From IMG/VR virus record IMGVR_UViG_3300002138_000152: 64,000 bases of DNA; one strand, written 5' to 3'. Source of the DNA: an uncultured virus (IMG/VR IMGVR_UViG_3300002138_000152) (Duplodnaviria > Heunggongvirae > Uroviricota > Caudoviricetes). The notes under the pieces are model-generated. The model saw only the letters and a program-made list of their open reading frames with translations, did not search any database and was not told the DNA's origin. Below, piece after piece: positions 28,039 to 38,442 of the stretch (positions within the stretch are counted from its first letter, which is position 1; every line of letters starts with the position of its first letter). The translations under genes were made by a program, and so were the position numbers.

Positions 28039-29679
28039 TTAATCTATATATTGAACAGCATCTAATACCCATTTTGGAAAATAATGACTATTCCAACGAA
28101 GAAGATCTGCAAAACAACCATCAAGAACATATGTTGATGCATGATCATCCATACTTCTAATTGATCGTCCATATGATTGAACTACATCCCTTACTGTAGC
28201 TAAAGGATAATATTCTTTCATTGTATCCATACGCTTTTTGATCTTTTTAGATCCAAGGTTTGGATACGGTATTTTTAATATTGTTTGATGTCTGGATAAA
28301 TCATCGGATAAATCTACACCAACCATCATAGATGGTGATACAAGTACTGTTGGTTCATCAATTGTCTGATGTTGTTGAAGTATTTCTGATCTGTTTGATG
28401 AATCGTGTGCAAGCATTCTGTTTGAATCAAATGCTTCGCTTACCCAACGTTGAAGTTCGTAATTTGCAGTATGAATAATGCCTTTCTCTTTTGCATGTCG
28501 CTTCATGATTTTCTTAAGAACCTCAAGCTGCTTGGGCCAGACAATTTCTTTTGTTTTAAATGTTTGTTTACCAACATTTTTAAAAAAATAAATTGGTCTA
28601 TTTGCTACAGGAAAAGGTGAATCAATACAAATATAATCAGCCATACTAGCATCAATACCATTCATTTTTGAAAATGCAATCTTGTCTAAAATTGTACCAG
28701 ACATAAAAATAATATAATCGTATCGACTCCAAACATATTCATCAAGATATGGATATGCCCAAACTGGTTGTGCTGTCATCTCTACATATTCATCACTAAC
28801 ACCACCACCTTTACTAAATTTTTTAATACGTTCAGCTTCTAAGATCCAATTGTCTTTTGTTTTTTCAAATTGTTCAGAAAGTGAATCCCATTTCATCATA
28901 TTGTTTCCAAGTGATTGAATTGTATTTAACGCTTCCATACTACCTTCTTCGGCTTCACGTGATAAACGATTCATTACTGATTTAGCAATATTCAAAAAAG
29001 GCTCTTTAACAATTTCAATGAATTCTTCAATTAAAAGATCTTCAGGATAGTCACCAAATAATGCCATTGCTCGGTGTGTGTCATCATCAGTAAAGCCATT
29101 TCTTTTGAGTAATGGTTTACTTATTTTTGTTGTAATAAAGTCTGCGAATACATTTTCAAAGTCGTGCGCCTCATCAATAATAAGAACACGTGATTGTCTT
29201 TTCCAAGCCATAGGCATGAAGACTTTGTATGTTAAAAATAAATGAAAATTAGTTAATGCAACATCACCATTTTCAAACTTATACTTTGCTTCTTTATACG
29301 GACAATTTTCACATTGAACACCCTGTATTTTACACCAATCCATTCCAGATCCACAGTCTGTATTGAAAGTTTCACAAGAATAAGATCCTTTTCCCCATAA
29401 TGAATTCATGAAGTCAAAATCGTTTGTATATTGTTCTTGAAGAATTTTAGAATTTGTTAAAATATCAAAGTTTGCTGAAATATCATACTCTTTCTTAAAC
29501 CAATCCATAAACATTACAGAATAGTACGACTTACCAATACCAACAGGTGCATCAATAAGAATAAATTTTTTATTATTCATAATTGCTTGTTTGGTAAAAT
29601 TAAGCAATTCTGTTTGCTGTGGTCTTGGGTTTTTACTGAGCTTGATGCGCTCTATATTGTAGATGGAAACGTCTTTCAT
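28039..29679 (-). CDS. DinG/XPD-family SF2 helicase
   Basis: PRPQQ, DAPVGIGKS, Cys cluster, IIDEAH, MSGT, SPF, GVD, QSYGRSIR. Confidence 0.9.
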   Translation of the reverse strand: MKDVSIYNIERIKLSKNPRPQQTELLNFTKQAIMNNKKFILIDAPVGIGKSYYSVMFMDWFKKEYDISANFDILTNSKILQEQYTNDFDFMNSLWGKGSYSCETFNTDCGSGMDWCKIQGVQCENCPYKEAKYKFENGDVALTNFHLFLTYKVFMPMAWKRQSRVLIIDEAHDFENVFADFITTKISKPLLKRNGFTDDDTHRAMALFGDYPEDLLIEEFIEIVKEPFLNIAKSVMNRLSREAEEGSMEALNTIQSLGNNMMKWDSLSEQFEKTKDNWILEAERIKKFSKGGGVSDEYVEMTAQPVWAYPYLDEYVWSRYDYIIFMSGTILDKIAFSKMNGIDASMADYICIDSPFPVANRPIYFFKNVGKQTFKTKEIVWPKQLEVLKKIMKRHAKEKGIIHTANYELQRWVSEAFDSNRMLAHDSSNRSEILQQHQTIDEPTVLVSPSMMVGVDLSDDLSRHQTILKIPYPNLGSKKIKKRMDTMKEYYPLATVRDVVQSYGRSIRSMDDHASTYVLDGCFADLLRWNSHYFPKWVLDAVQYID

Positions 29680-29787
29680 ACAATCTTTTATCTGAAAAAG
29701 ATTAAAGTGTTTAAAAAATAGAGAAAAGAAAAGAATTAAAAAATGTGCCACATATGTATTATATGCATACACATGAGAAATATTAAA

Positions 29788-30015
29788 TTATTTACGACCT
29801 ACTATACTTGTTTTTTTAACTTTAAAAGGTGGTTGACCATAATATGGACTTGATTCCTCCATTTCAACTGTTACACTATCTTTTCCAGAATTCGTAACTA
29901 TTACTGATACAACGTCTTCTGTAATTGGATGATGAACAAATACTATATCACCTGCAGAAAGTTTCATTCCTTCATATAAAGCTAAGAGTCTATCTTTACC
30001 ATAAATGTGTATCAT
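29788..30015 (-). CDS. small SH3-like protein
   Basis: 75-aa ORF, ATATATA box upstream. Confidence 0.55.
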   Translation of the reverse strand: MIHIYGKDRLLALYEGMKLSAGDIVFVHHPITEDVVSVIVTNSGKDSVTVEMEESSPYYGQPPFKVKKTSIVGRK

Positions 30016-30068
30016 ATGCTTCTATATATCAAAAAAACAATGTATCATTGCAACATTCAAAAGATTAT

Positions 30069-30518
30069 ATGAAAGGCGTTATACTAGGAGTTAATCTCCA
30101 TGATTACAAGACAGAATTAAAAACTGGTGAATTAGTTTGTATAGACAACGAGTTTTACAAATTAGAAAAAATTGATCCTACATTTGGAGATGTTAAATAT
30201 TTTGTAAATTCAAAAATTAACAACGAACCAATGAATTTTGAAAGAAGTGAAATATCGAAAGCTACAATACAGATTTTTGATTCATTGATTTATTATGGTG
30301 AAGGCAAACAAGTACGTATTGGATATTTATCGCCATCAGATATTCGAAATATGCGTGCTAAAACAGTTATTGAAATGGATCTTCCATCTTCAGAAATTGA
30401 TAATATACACGATGTAGATCTTATTGGACATGAATTTGATGGTAATGTATTAATCAAACAAGAACAAGATTACGAATTTATTACACATCCCGTTGCTTAT
30501 TTTAAAGTTTTAACATGA
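30069..30518 (+). CDS. hypothetical protein
   Basis: ORF from MKGVILG. Confidence 0.55.
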   Translation: MKGVILGVNLHDYKTELKTGELVCIDNEFYKLEKIDPTFGDVKYFVNSKINNEPMNFERSEISKATIQIFDSLIYYGEGKQVRIGYLSPSDIRNMRAKTVIEMDLPSSEIDNIHDVDLIGHEFDGNVLIKQEQDYEFITHPVAYFKVLT

Positions 30519-30778
30519 TAATAGTAACAATTAGTGCGTGTATATTAATAATCGTTGGAATTATTATAATGATGTCATATCTTCACCGTAAGGAAATTAA
30601 ATTCTTTGAGGATGCAGAACGTATGGAAATTCTTTTAAAGACGAATAACATCACCTATGACGCTGCTATTGAAGATTTGAACAAACTTAGGAAAAATGTT
30701 AAGAACCGCGACGAACGTCACAGGTACTATCAGATTGTGAAACTCATTGAACTCAAATTCAATACTGACATTGTATGA
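30515..30778 (+). CDS. membrane-anchored hypothetical protein
   Basis: N-terminal TM segment. Confidence 0.55.
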   Translation: MIIVTISACILIIVGIIIMMSYLHRKEIKFFEDAERMEILLKTNNITYDAAIEDLNKLRKNVKNRDERHRYYQIVKLIELKFNTDIV

Positions 30779-31629
30779 AAATTAGAACTGATATTAATGC
30801 TAACTATAAAGCGGTATTCTTCAACTATAAAACAGTTAGGATGCGTATCGATAATTCCAAACCAATTACTGCTCCAAAACATCCAGAAATTGAAGATGTT
30901 GCAATCAATTCAAAATGTCTTGCTGCTTGTTCATACTGTTACACATCAGCTCTCAAAACAGGTGTAAATTTTTCAGATATTGTAGGAAAGGCAACAGCTG
31001 TCTGGGGATCATTGAAACCAGAAGACAGACCGTTCCAGATTGCAATTGGTGGTGCAGGTGAATCAACAATGCATCCAGATTGGGTTGATTTTGTAAAACA
31101 TGTAAGTGAGTTGGGTATTGTACCGAATTATACAACAAATGGTATGCACCTCACACCTGAAGTTCTTGAAGCTACAGAAAAGTATTGTGGTGGTGTTGCA
31201 TTAAGTTATCATCCACATATCAAAAAAGTATTCACTGAAGCAATGGATAAATTGAAGCAGATTGATACTAAATTGAATACACATGTAATTATTGGTGATA
31301 AACAATCTTTGCTTGACTTACAAAACATTTTTGATACGTATAAAGACGATATGGATTACTTTGTAGTTCTTCCATATCAAGCTGCAGGTCGAGCTAAAGA
31401 AATTGATACAACAGAAACTTGGAAAGAATTGTTTCTCTGGATTGAAACTTTATCTGACGAACGCAAGAATCAATTTGCATTTGGTGCGCTTTTTTACGAA
31501 TACCTGTTAATAAACAAACCAGGATTTGAAATTAATATCTATGAGCCTGAAATCTATTCTGGTTACAGACTTATGGATAATACATTTAACACATTAAGAA
31601 AATCGAGTTATGACCTCACAGAAAAATAA
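30775..31629 (+). CDS. radical SAM protein
   Basis: CLAACSYCY (CxxxCxxC), IAIGGAGE, NYTTNG. Confidence 0.92.
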   Translation: MKIRTDINANYKAVFFNYKTVRMRIDNSKPITAPKHPEIEDVAINSKCLAACSYCYTSALKTGVNFSDIVGKATAVWGSLKPEDRPFQIAIGGAGESTMHPDWVDFVKHVSELGIVPNYTTNGMHLTPEVLEATEKYCGGVALSYHPHIKKVFTEAMDKLKQIDTKLNTHVIIGDKQSLLDLQNIFDTYKDDMDYFVVLPYQAAGRAKEIDTTETWKELFLWIETLSDERKNQFAFGALFYEYLLINKPGFEINIYEPEIYSGYRLMDNTFNTLRKSSYDLTEK

Positions 31630-32017
31630 AGTACTTGCTTTCATTCGAATTGATTCGATAATTGACATCATTACAAATTCTAGTTCAGAACTTTTTGTTA
31701 TTGAGAACAAAATGGCAATTCCTATTTTAGTTGAAATGACAAACTCAGTGCTTTCAGGTACCGGTTTCTCTATCACTGAATCATGTGTGGAAAAACGCCT
31801 TGTTCAAGATCAACAAGATCACGAAACAGAATGGAAAATTAATGAAGCTCTTGTTTTGTTTCCTGAACATGTTCGTGAAGAACTAAAAGCAAAGTATTTG
31901 ACAGAACCAAACTGGTATGGTATTTCATTTGATCGTGATGATATTTATCGAAACAATGATGATATAAGAGGAAAATTAATAAGTATCGGTTATGAACTTA
32001 TTGATACTGACTATTAA
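31610..32017 (+). CDS. IDIITNSSSELF-motif protein
   Basis: N-terminal motif shared with 32857-33384. Confidence 0.7.
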   Translation: MTSQKNKVLAFIRIDSIIDIITNSSSELFVIENKMAIPILVEMTNSVLSGTGFSITESCVEKRLVQDQQDHETEWKINEALVLFPEHVREELKAKYLTEPNWYGISFDRDDIYRNNDDIRGKLISIGYELIDTDY

Positions 32018-32030
32018 ATAACAAACAAAT

Positions 32031-32462
32031 ATGGGATTTTCATATCACAAAACAAAGGACGACTATTTTATCACAATTAATGATAAACCTTTCACTGATT
32101 ATCATCCAAACGATGTAGCTTCATTGATTAATAGTCTTCCTGAAGATCAAAAAGTCATTGTAAAGGAAATGATTCGTCAAAAACCAGAGCATATGTATGA
32201 AGATATGACTGGTGTTGAACTACCTGATGATTATGCTGTTGCTTATGGACGACCGTCTATATCTGAAGTACCATTCATGGGTTCTGAAAATGATGGTTAT
32301 CCATATCTTCCGGGTCATAATCCTATGTGTAATGGAAAACCATATCATAATGGTATGTGTAAATGTAAGTACACAGAGTGGAATATGCCTGATGGTAAAG
32401 TAGACCGATTTCATACACAAATGTGGCCAGGTGGGCCATGTATCGATGATTTTGATATGTAA
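32031..32462 (+). CDS. hypothetical protein
   Basis: 143-aa ORF. Confidence 0.6.
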   Translation: MGFSYHKTKDDYFITINDKPFTDYHPNDVASLINSLPEDQKVIVKEMIRQKPEHMYEDMTGVELPDDYAVAYGRPSISEVPFMGSENDGYPYLPGHNPMCNGKPYHNGMCKCKYTEWNMPDGKVDRFHTQMWPGGPCIDDFDM

Positions 32463-32465
32463 ATT

Positions 32466-32864
32466 ATGAATGTTCAATACAATAATACTAGAGAACTTGA
32501 ACGATTTCTTCAACCGTTTGCTAAACTAGTATTGCTTAAGCGTGTTGGTAATCAAAAAAATAATTCATATTTTTTAAATACTTTCAATCTAATCATTGAA
32601 TTGAATAAAATAACATTTAAAGAGCATTTATACAGAAAAGATGCTTGGGGTCGTGGATATTTTGGGACATGGTTAAAGGAACAATGTAAAACTGTAGGTT
32701 ATCATTGTCATATAATTGATTTTAAACCATGTGAGGGTAATAAAAATCCCATCACTGGTGATAACTTAATATTTAGTAAATTGATGAGTGATTACGAAAC
32801 ACCTAGTTCAGAATATTATAACAATGTAGAATTTCAAATTTCAAAAATAGAAAACAATGAGTAA
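32466..32864 (+). CDS. hypothetical protein
   Basis: 132-aa ORF. Confidence 0.55.
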   Translation: MNVQYNNTRELERFLQPFAKLVLLKRVGNQKNNSYFLNTFNLIIELNKITFKEHLYRKDAWGRGYFGTWLKEQCKTVGYHCHIIDFKPCEGNKNPITGDNLIFSKLMSDYETPSSEYYNNVEFQISKIENNE

Positions 32865-33384
32865 AACACTTTATATTTTTAATGTCGATAATGCGATTGA
32901 CATCATTACAAATTCAAGCTCTGAACTTTTCATTTTAAATGGTCAAAGCACAGAAATGGTCAATCAAATGATTGAATCAGTGTATCCAGACTATAGATCT
33001 GAATACGAAGAAGTTGTTGCATTAAAAAATGCTTCACCAGATCAAATCAATACATACATTTCATGGATTGAAGATCCATGGCATAGTAATTATAATCGTG
33101 ATCGTAATTTAACAGAAAAAGAAAAACGAGCTAAAGAAATTAAAACTGCTGAGGATAAAGCTTTAAAATTTGGAATGAAACCAGGTCTTTTCTATTCCAA
33201 TTGGAATGAACGTAACAAAGATGGTTGGTGGTTTATTAATATTTCTGATCGAGGTCTTCGTAAAGCGGCTGAAATGTTAGATCCAAATGGAACTATCTTT
33301 ATGTTATTTTCATTTGATGAGAATCCTAACTGGGACTATCAAGAAAAGTTGATGGATATTGGACAACGCCATCACTTAGGATAA
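32857..33384 (+). CDS. IDIITNSSSELF-motif protein
   Basis: N-terminal motif; C-terminal RHHLG. Confidence 0.7.
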   Translation: MSKTLYIFNVDNAIDIITNSSSELFILNGQSTEMVNQMIESVYPDYRSEYEEVVALKNASPDQINTYISWIEDPWHSNYNRDRNLTEKEKRAKEIKTAEDKALKFGMKPGLFYSNWNERNKDGWWFINISDRGLRKAAEMLDPNGTIFMLFSFDENPNWDYQEKLMDIGQRHHLG

Positions 33385-33528
33385 TGGCATATTTACCATG
33401 TGACTGGTGTGGAAAAAAAACTGACACACAAGGAAGTTGGGATACACTAATAACAATTATATGTGGGCCATGCTATGATAAACGTGAAGCAAAAAAACAA
33501 AATAATACTACAGATAAAAAATCTACAA

Positions 33529-33780
33529 ATGAACACATATCCAGTGATCAACGGAATATATCAACATTACAAAGGAGGAATCTATAAGGTACTGTTTCTC
33601 TCAAAACATACAGAGACTGAAGAGGTTATGGTAAATTACAAATCATTGCTCTTTGGTAGTTTTCATTCTCGTCCAATAGATAAATGGTTGGAAGAATTGG
33701 AAAAAGACAAACAGTCGGAGGTTCAAAAATCTCGTTTTTTGCTTATTAATGATCCAAAAGAATACGAGCCATGCGTATAA
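33529..33780 (+). CDS. DUF1653-family protein
   Basis: YQHYKGGIYKV..HTETEE..VNYKSL..SRP. Confidence 0.8.
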   Translation: MNTYPVINGIYQHYKGGIYKVLFLSKHTETEEVMVNYKSLLFGSFHSRPIDKWLEELEKDKQSEVQKSRFLLINDPKEYEPCV

Positions 33781-34367
33781 ACCGTGTGAGTCCGTTGAAT
33801 CCAATGCCGTCAGATATTCCAGGTAAAGGACATCCAGGAGGCTTTGGTACACCAAGAAAGTTTGATATCCATACAGGAATTGATCTTTATTGTGAAAACA
33901 ATGCCGACGTGTTTGCTATTGAACATGGAACAGTTGTTGCCATTGTAGGATTTACTGGACCATCAGCTGACTCTGCTTGGTGGAATGATACTGATGCAAT
34001 CATTGTCAAGTCAAAGAAGGATGGAAAGTATATTGTTTATGGTGAAGTAATTGCATCATGTAATGTAGGTGAAGAAGTAAAAGCGGGTAATTTAATTGGA
34101 CGTGTTGTAACAGTCTTAAAGAAAGACAAGGGACTTCCAATGAATATGCTTCACCTGGAGTATTATGATACAGATTTCGATCTTGATCCGGTTGTGTGGA
34201 AACTTGATGAGTCACAACCGGAAACACTACTTCATCCGGGTCCGTTATTAGGGTTGTATCCACTTATTGCAGAGACACCAAGACCATATCAGGAAATTGT
34301 GTTTGGAAGCACACCAGTTGGTATAGAACCACCATTTTCATCACATTATTATAAAAGAAAAATATGA
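33771..34367 (+). CDS. M23-family metallopeptidase
   Basis: HTGIDL, GTVV, VKAGNLIG, MLHLE. Confidence 0.8.
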   Translation: MRINRVSPLNPMPSDIPGKGHPGGFGTPRKFDIHTGIDLYCENNADVFAIEHGTVVAIVGFTGPSADSAWWNDTDAIIVKSKKDGKYIVYGEVIASCNVGEEVKAGNLIGRVVTVLKKDKGLPMNMLHLEYYDTDFDLDPVVWKLDESQPETLLHPGPLLGLYPLIAETPRPYQEIVFGSTPVGIEPPFSSHYYKRKI

Positions 34368-34618
34368 AAACAATTTACGAAAGAACAGCAGAGAATTGGT
34401 ACATTGAACAATTACCAGAAGGAACCCGTGTTATATTCAAATTTAATCCTGACTGTCAAGGTCAAGGTGTTATTCGTGGAATAGTTAATGATAGTGTTCC
34501 ACTTTTGGGTAAAAAATATATTGTTGAAGTTGAAACTATGCATAATAGTATAAATGAAAAGTTAAAACATAATTATACATGTTATGCCTTTTCTGAAGTT
34601 TTTTTACAAGTTATTTAA
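34364..34618 (+). CDS. hypothetical protein
   Basis: 84-aa ORF. Confidence 0.55.
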   Translation: MKTIYERTAENWYIEQLPEGTRVIFKFNPDCQGQGVIRGIVNDSVPLLGKKYIVEVETMHNSINEKLKHNYTCYAFSEVFLQVI

Positions 34619-34628
34619 TAAATTCAGT

Positions 34629-35084
34629 ATGTCAGTAGCAACAACAATTAAAACAACAATCACTAACATTGACGATCTTCCGCTTGAAGTCAAAAATGAA
34701 CTGGTAGTTATTGCACAATTAACAGAAGATGAAGCAGATCAAATTTTTTCAGACTACGATGAAGTTATAGAATTAATTCGTGAATGTGGTGATAGGAACG
34801 AGACAAAAGATTCTTGTTATATCTACAAAGAATGGACAATCGATACACCATCATTTTCGATAACAGTATTCGGTAGTAATTACCTGAAAGATCGATGCAT
34901 CTGTGATTTAGAAATGAATGATGAAATTCAGATTATAAATCTTCAGTTACAAAAAGAAAGACAACAATCAGATGCTGAACGACGCATTGCTAATAACCGA
35001 TTATTGTGGGCACCAATTATAGAGGGTAAAACAACTGAAGAAATTTTAGATATCTTGCAGAATTTTACACCAAAAAAGAAATAA
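34629..35084 (+). CDS. hypothetical protein
   Basis: ORF from MSVATT. Confidence 0.6.
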   Translation: MSVATTIKTTITNIDDLPLEVKNELVVIAQLTEDEADQIFSDYDEVIELIRECGDRNETKDSCYIYKEWTIDTPSFSITVFGSNYLKDRCICDLEMNDEIQIINLQLQKERQQSDAERRIANNRLLWAPIIEGKTTEEILDILQNFTPKKK

Positions 35085-35165
35085 ATTTAAACTTTTTTGA
35101 GTTTAATTTCTATAATCAATCCGGTGCATGTATAATTGCATCAATCCAAAAAATAAATTTACAAG

Positions 35166-36842
35166 ATGTTTAGCAACAAAAAAACACAATTGTTCCCGAC
35201 GCCTGCGAAAGCCGCGTCCTCGAACAGAGCATCTGCGACAACAAACGCATTTGTTGGGACTGCTATGAAGAAAGCAGCTGAGACACGTTCTGAGAACGGT
35301 GCTCTCAAATACAAAACTACAGGCGATGATTTCGTTGATCAATTCGGGAAACTGGGTGAAATGAAACAACCGCGTTCATTTGCAACCATTGCAAAAGATC
35401 AGGCATTACTATGGTCACAAAACAAACTACTTACTGTAGCATTCACATTATACATCCGTATGATTACTCGTGTAACTAATGTATTTGGAACTGAAACTTC
35501 TGTTTCACAGAAAGGTGCAGAACTTCGTCATGAGGGTATTATGCGAATGATTTGGTTGCATACAACAGCTCCAAAAACATTTTGGAATAACGTACCACTA
35601 ATGGTATCAGTTGGTTCGTGGCAAGACATCTTTACGATGCTTCAATACGATCTTGTCTATAATGGATGGGAAGGACGTAAACTTGACTGGACAAAGTTCG
35701 GTAAATTGATTCTTACTGGTCTTACAGATGAGACTCAAATGAACCTTGTTAAGAAATACCTTCCACAAATCAAAGCAAAATCAGCATGTAAGACTGTTGA
35801 AGCGCAAGCTGACAACATGATCGGAAAATGGTTGTGTTCTTTGATCTTCGGTACAAAAATTGGTCCAGAAGGTGCTACTTACAAAGCTTACCGTAAATTG
35901 AAAACTTCCGGAACAGCGCACGAGTGGCAGAAATTGATCTCGCAAGGTAAACACAAACTGGTTGATTTTAACACGATACACGGACGTGCTTTGAGTAAAC
36001 TGGTACGTTCTAAATACTTAGCGAACCAGAATCTTACTGAGAAGTATGAAAACTGGATCACAAAAGATTCAACAACTGATGTGAAATACACTGGATTTGT
36101 TCATGAACTTTTCGCAGGTCTTCCATCAACTGAAACTTCGTTGGGTGTTGCAAAATCGGAAACGATTAACAAACAATTTGCAACGCTTGTTAAGAAAGGT
36201 GGTAAAGGTGCAACAAACCTTATCGTTGTTCGTGATACATCTGGATCTATGGGTTCTACAGCAACAGGAACAAACATGAGCTGTTATAACATTGCGAAAG
36301 CTTTGGCATTATACTTCTCTGAGTTCTTGACTGGAACATTCCAAGATGCATGGATTGAGTTTAATAATAATGCACAAATGCATACTTGGAAAGGTACAAC
36401 ACCAATTAATCGTTGGTACAACGACCGTTCAAGCTATGTTGGAGGCACAAACTTCCAATCTGTTGTTGACTTGTTCATTAACATGAAACGCCAAGGTGTT
36501 GCTGAATCAGATTTTCCATCAGGAATTCTGTGTATCTCTGATGGTGAGTTCAATGCATCAGATTTAGGTAAAACAAATGTTGAGTCAGCTCGACGTAAGT
36601 TGACTACTGCTGGATTCAGTGCTGAGTATGTTCGTAACTTTGTGATTGTTCTTTGGAACCTTCAATCTGGATACGGATCACGTGGCAATAAATTTGAAAC
36701 CAACGGAGACGTTGAGAATGTATTTTATTTCTCTGGTTACTCAGCTGCAACTGTGTCGTTCTTAACGAATGATATCAAAACTGCTCGTGAGCTTTTCGAA
36801 GCTGCGATGAACCAGGAAGTTCTCTCAATGGTTCAAATCTAA
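35166..36842 (+). CDS. DUF2828-family protein (TROVE/Ro60-like helical domain plus vWA)
   Basis: SENGALKY, GSWQDI, KYLP, VVRDTSGSM (MIDAS), GGTNFQSV, CISDGEFN, VLWNL, FSGYS. Confidence 0.8.
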   Translation: MFSNKKTQLFPTPAKAASSNRASATTNAFVGTAMKKAAETRSENGALKYKTTGDDFVDQFGKLGEMKQPRSFATIAKDQALLWSQNKLLTVAFTLYIRMITRVTNVFGTETSVSQKGAELRHEGIMRMIWLHTTAPKTFWNNVPLMVSVGSWQDIFTMLQYDLVYNGWEGRKLDWTKFGKLILTGLTDETQMNLVKKYLPQIKAKSACKTVEAQADNMIGKWLCSLIFGTKIGPEGATYKAYRKLKTSGTAHEWQKLISQGKHKLVDFNTIHGRALSKLVRSKYLANQNLTEKYENWITKDSTTDVKYTGFVHELFAGLPSTETSLGVAKSETINKQFATLVKKGGKGATNLIVVRDTSGSMGSTATGTNMSCYNIAKALALYFSEFLTGTFQDAWIEFNNNAQMHTWKGTTPINRWYNDRSSYVGGTNFQSVVDLFINMKRQGVAESDFPSGILCISDGEFNASDLGKTNVESARRKLTTAGFSAEYVRNFVIVLWNLQSGYGSRGNKFETNGDVENVFYFSGYSAATVSFLTNDIKTARELFEAAMNQEVLSMVQI

Positions 36843-36897
36843 GAATAAATAAAACACTCAACTGTGAAAATGGTTGAGTGTTTTCAAAAATAATATC

Positions 36898-37344
36898 ATG
36901 TACGGATTAACTATTGATTTTAAAAAAGAAGGTAATTTTTTTACAGTATCAAAAGATGTAAAAATTACTCACGAGCAATTAGAAAAAATTTGCGATTTAT
37001 TAAATTTTGATAAAATAAAATTTCAAGAAATTCCAGATTTTGAAGATATAGGTAATTTAACAATTGAAGCAGAATTTTACAATGAATGCACAATTGATGA
37101 TCTATTTGATGATGATCATCAATTAGTTATGAATGGTTATGGACCTAATTTAGCATCATTTCTGTCTAATTTAGATTTTGGAATAGATTGGGATGAAGAC
37201 ACCAGTGAAGCTGTAACATCATTTAAAGCTACTATTGAAAATAAATATGTTATTACCTTTGATATTGAAGAAGGTGATTGTATTGAAGATGGAATCTATG
37301 AAACAGATGTAGTTAATCTTAAAATAATTAAAGTTTTACAGTAA
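36898..37344 (+). CDS. hypothetical acidic protein
   Basis: ORF from MYGLTI. Confidence 0.55.
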   Translation: MYGLTIDFKKEGNFFTVSKDVKITHEQLEKICDLLNFDKIKFQEIPDFEDIGNLTIEAEFYNECTIDDLFDDDHQLVMNGYGPNLASFLSNLDFGIDWDEDTSEAVTSFKATIENKYVITFDIEEGDCIEDGIYETDVVNLKIIKVLQ

Positions 37345-37387
37345 ACTAAAAGTACTCAATAGTCGAGCATAATTTAACAAAATAAAT

Positions 37388-38101
37388 ATGGCAATTAATT
37401 TAGAAAAGATTGAAGAACGTAAACAATCCGTTATAAATCTTAAAAAAAACAAAGGTATTGAAACACAGAAGGCACAAGTTGTTTTATGTTTGGATTATTC
37501 AGGATCTATGGATGGTCTTTATCGATCTGGTGTCGTACAAGAAACACTTGAACGTGTTTTACCGCTCGGTTTAGCATTTGATGATAATGGTGAAGTTGAT
37601 TTTTATTTGTTTGAATCTGGTATTCGTAAGATGCCATCGAATATCACACTTGGAAATATTGATGGTTACATCAATGAAAAAGTGATGAATAAATATAGTA
37701 TGGGTGGAACAAATTATGCTCCAGCAATCAATGCTATTGTTAATGAATTTGCTGAAACTACTAAAAGTGGATTCTTTGGCAGTTCTAAACCAAAACAATT
37801 AGATCTTCCAGTATATGTAATTTTTATTACAGACGGTGAAAATTATGATGAAAGAGATGCAGAACGTGCAATGATTGAAGCATCTAAACATGGTATTTTC
37901 TTTCAATTTATTGGAATTGGTAATTCATCATTTCCATTTCTTGAAAAATTAGATGACATGCCTGGACGTGTTATTGATAATGCAGACTTTTTCACTGTTC
38001 GTGATTTGAAAAACACATCAGACGATGATCTTTACAAAAAAATGATGACAGAATTTCCTGAATGGATTAGAATGTCACGTCAAGCTGGACAAATTAAATA
38101 A
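37388..38101 (+). CDS. Ter-associated vWA protein (TerF C-terminal-like)
   Basis: LDYSGSM, GGTNYAPAI, FITDGEN, FFQFIGIG, LEKLDD..RVIDNADFF. Confidence 0.85.
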   Translation: MAINLEKIEERKQSVINLKKNKGIETQKAQVVLCLDYSGSMDGLYRSGVVQETLERVLPLGLAFDDNGEVDFYLFESGIRKMPSNITLGNIDGYINEKVMNKYSMGGTNYAPAINAIVNEFAETTKSGFFGSSKPKQLDLPVYVIFITDGENYDERDAERAMIEASKHGIFFQFIGIGNSSFPFLEKLDDMPGRVIDNADFFTVRDLKNTSDDDLYKKMMTEFPEWIRMSRQAGQIK

Positions 38102-38104
38102 CAT

Positions 38105-38347
38105 ATGATTAATCAATTAGCTATCGAGTGTTACATGTTAACACAATCACATGAACCAATTATTCAGATGCTAGAAGCAGCAGGAATTGAAACTGAAGAT
38201 GGAGCAAGAATTGCATTGACTGGTGCAGTTAAATCTAATGTGGTTAGTGCTTTATCTTACGGATCTTCTTCAGCAGGAATTTCAACATCAAGAACAGCTG
38301 GACGTGTTTTAGAGCACTTCAGAAAAAAAGAAGAAAAAAAAGCATAA
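38105..38347 (+). CDS. hypothetical protein
   Basis: 80-aa ORF. Confidence 0.55.
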   Translation: MINQLAIECYMLTQSHEPIIQMLEAAGIETEDGARIALTGAVKSNVVSALSYGSSSAGISTSRTAGRVLEHFRKKEEKKA

Positions 38348-38442
38348 AAAAATTCAAACAAATTTCTGTTATGCGAATATAAAACGTATAATTGCATAAC
38401 AGAACAAATGCGTTCATTGACATATTGGTACAAAAAAATAAA

